Notes under the pieces: generated by a model
Seen by the model: only the letters and a program-made list of their open reading frames with translations
The model's database searches: none
What the model was told of the DNA's origin: nothing
DNA from: Octopus sinensis
Lineage: Eukaryota
NCBI RefSeq assembly: GCF_006345805.1
Contig: NW_021837016.1
Coordinates: forward strand, 1 to 21,925
Reading direction: 5' to 3'
Length of the DNA: 21,925 nucleotides
Part shown: positions 20,696-21,925 of the stretch, one piece after another
How the letters are laid out: every line of letters starts with the position of its first letter
How positions within the stretch are numbered: position 1 is the stretch's first letter
Position numbers and translations under genes: made by a program

Positions 20696-21359
20696 AGACA
20701 TAGAATTTAAACTAAATTAGAACAGATGGACACTTTAGTGTAATTATACATAGATCTCCAAGAAGTTAAGGGGATTTACTAAGAACATGTCTCTTCTTCA
20801 GCATAGAAGTGACTAAAATTATCAAGAAGACTCTGCCTGCCAATGATTTTTTTTCTTTATGGGGTCAGTTTTAATTTATAGACTAGTTTATCAAATCCTT
20901 TGTATATTTAAGGCTGAGAGAATAGAGGGCAGTATCTGTTAGGGGTAAGGCTAAGGGAGTAGACAAACATTCTAGTTGGTATAGTCATAAAAAATCAAAA
21001 TTAGCTGATAATTAAGGGGGTCGCCCACTAACAGACCATTGATAATGAAACAGGGGAAGTCTTATCATGTGGTACTATAGTTAAATATACTAAGCAATGT
21101 TGCTATATTGTATACAGTTTAAAGCTTATAAGCTATTACCGTATATCGGCTAAAGTAAGTAGTCTAGTACTGGGGCATATAAGCCCTCGACGGTAAAAAG
21201 TGGGTATTAGAAAGCATGGGAATCGAACACACGCCTCACATATATTTGGCTGAGAGCTTTTATGCCCAAATACTAGTTTATATTCTGTAGCTTAGAAAAT
21301 AATCTAAATAGTCTAAAATGCTTATACGCTTAAAGCGTATAATAATAATTATTATTATC

Positions 21360-21360
<1 letters not shown>

Positions 21361-21412
<52 letters not shown>
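21361..21412. repeat. (CA)n microsatellite
   Basis: Directly visible. Confidence 0.95.
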
Positions 21413-21418
<6 letters not shown>

Positions 21419-21553
21419 GCACTTTCAAAATGTGTGAGAGTAACAGAAAACTTCCCCTCTCTCTATCTGTCACGTTCTATCTCTTAAGTTTTTCTCATTG
21501 TAACCTTTCCACTTCTCTAGATTTATTTAACACACACATATATATACATATAT

Positions 21554-21717
21554 ACGACAGGCTTCTTTCAGTTTCCGTCTACCAAATCCACCCAGAAGGC
21601 TTTGGTCGGCCTGAGGCTATAGCAGAAGACACTTGCCCAAAATGCCACGCAGTGGGACTGAACCCGGAACCATGTGGTTGGTAAACAAGCTACTTACCAC
21701 ACAGCCACTCCTGAGCC
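21554..21717 (-). mobile_element. tRNA-derived SINE (family A) head
   Basis: Near-copy of 7553-7715 with the same A and B boxes. Confidence 0.85.
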
Positions 21718-21770
21718 TATATGTATATATCTGTTAGAAGTATTGGGGGTGATGTACAGATTTAATACAT

Positions 21771-21900
21771 ATGAAAGAAAAATGGTGTTCATAATGCCTG
21801 ATGGTTGTAAAAATATATTTTATTACATATGACATATTATTTCTTCATAAATATATATTTTTACAACCATCAGGCATTATGAACACCATTTTTCTTTCAT
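21771..21900. repeat. Foldback element: perfect 48-bp inverted repeat with a 34-bp spacer (MITE-like)
   Basis: 21771-21818 is the exact reverse complement of 21853-21900. Confidence 0.88.
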
Positions 21901-21925
21901 TCATATATGGCTTTTGAACTATCTG

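Noticed and set aside
20795-20807. CUGAAGA preceded by UCUAUG on the minus strand, resembling the 5' half of the array hammerhead
   Set aside because: No downstream GAAA or stem I partner.
21005-21067. Plus-strand TGATAA...GAAAC-AGGGGAA-GTC-TTATCA as a hammerhead
   Set aside because: No CUGANGA core in the right position; it is explained as a simple hairpin.

Overview
Non-coding, repeat-saturated, AT-rich animal DNA. The microsatellite load and SINE families look like an octopod cephalopod genome (recalled resemblance, not a database search). No intact host gene is supported; most listed ORFs are microsatellite translations or retroelement fragments. Main result: a head-to-tail array of about 5.6 copies of a ~595-bp unit (1614-4931), inserted in (TA)n. 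Every unit carries a complete minus-strand Type I hammerhead ribozyme (CUGAAGA...GAAAC-GUAC-GUC, palindromic minimal stem III, very long stem II). Nested inverted repeats could fold each unit into a rod-like RNA. This fits a retrozyme or non-autonomous Penelope-like element that could release ~595-nt monomers able to circularize. Two further, sequence-distinct hammerhead-like motifs lie on the same strand (20626-20695, nearly complete; 18291-18336, truncated). The rest is mobile-element debris: a 5'-truncated CR1-group LINE, a second LINE 3' fragment cut by a hAT MITE, a Tx1/L1 3' fragment in (TCTA)n, a Tc1/mariner remnant, two Helentron-associated (HINE-like) elements, several tRNA-derived SINEs, a 154-bp tandem repeat and a perfect 48-bp foldback. 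All structures were read by eye; no folding or searches were run.
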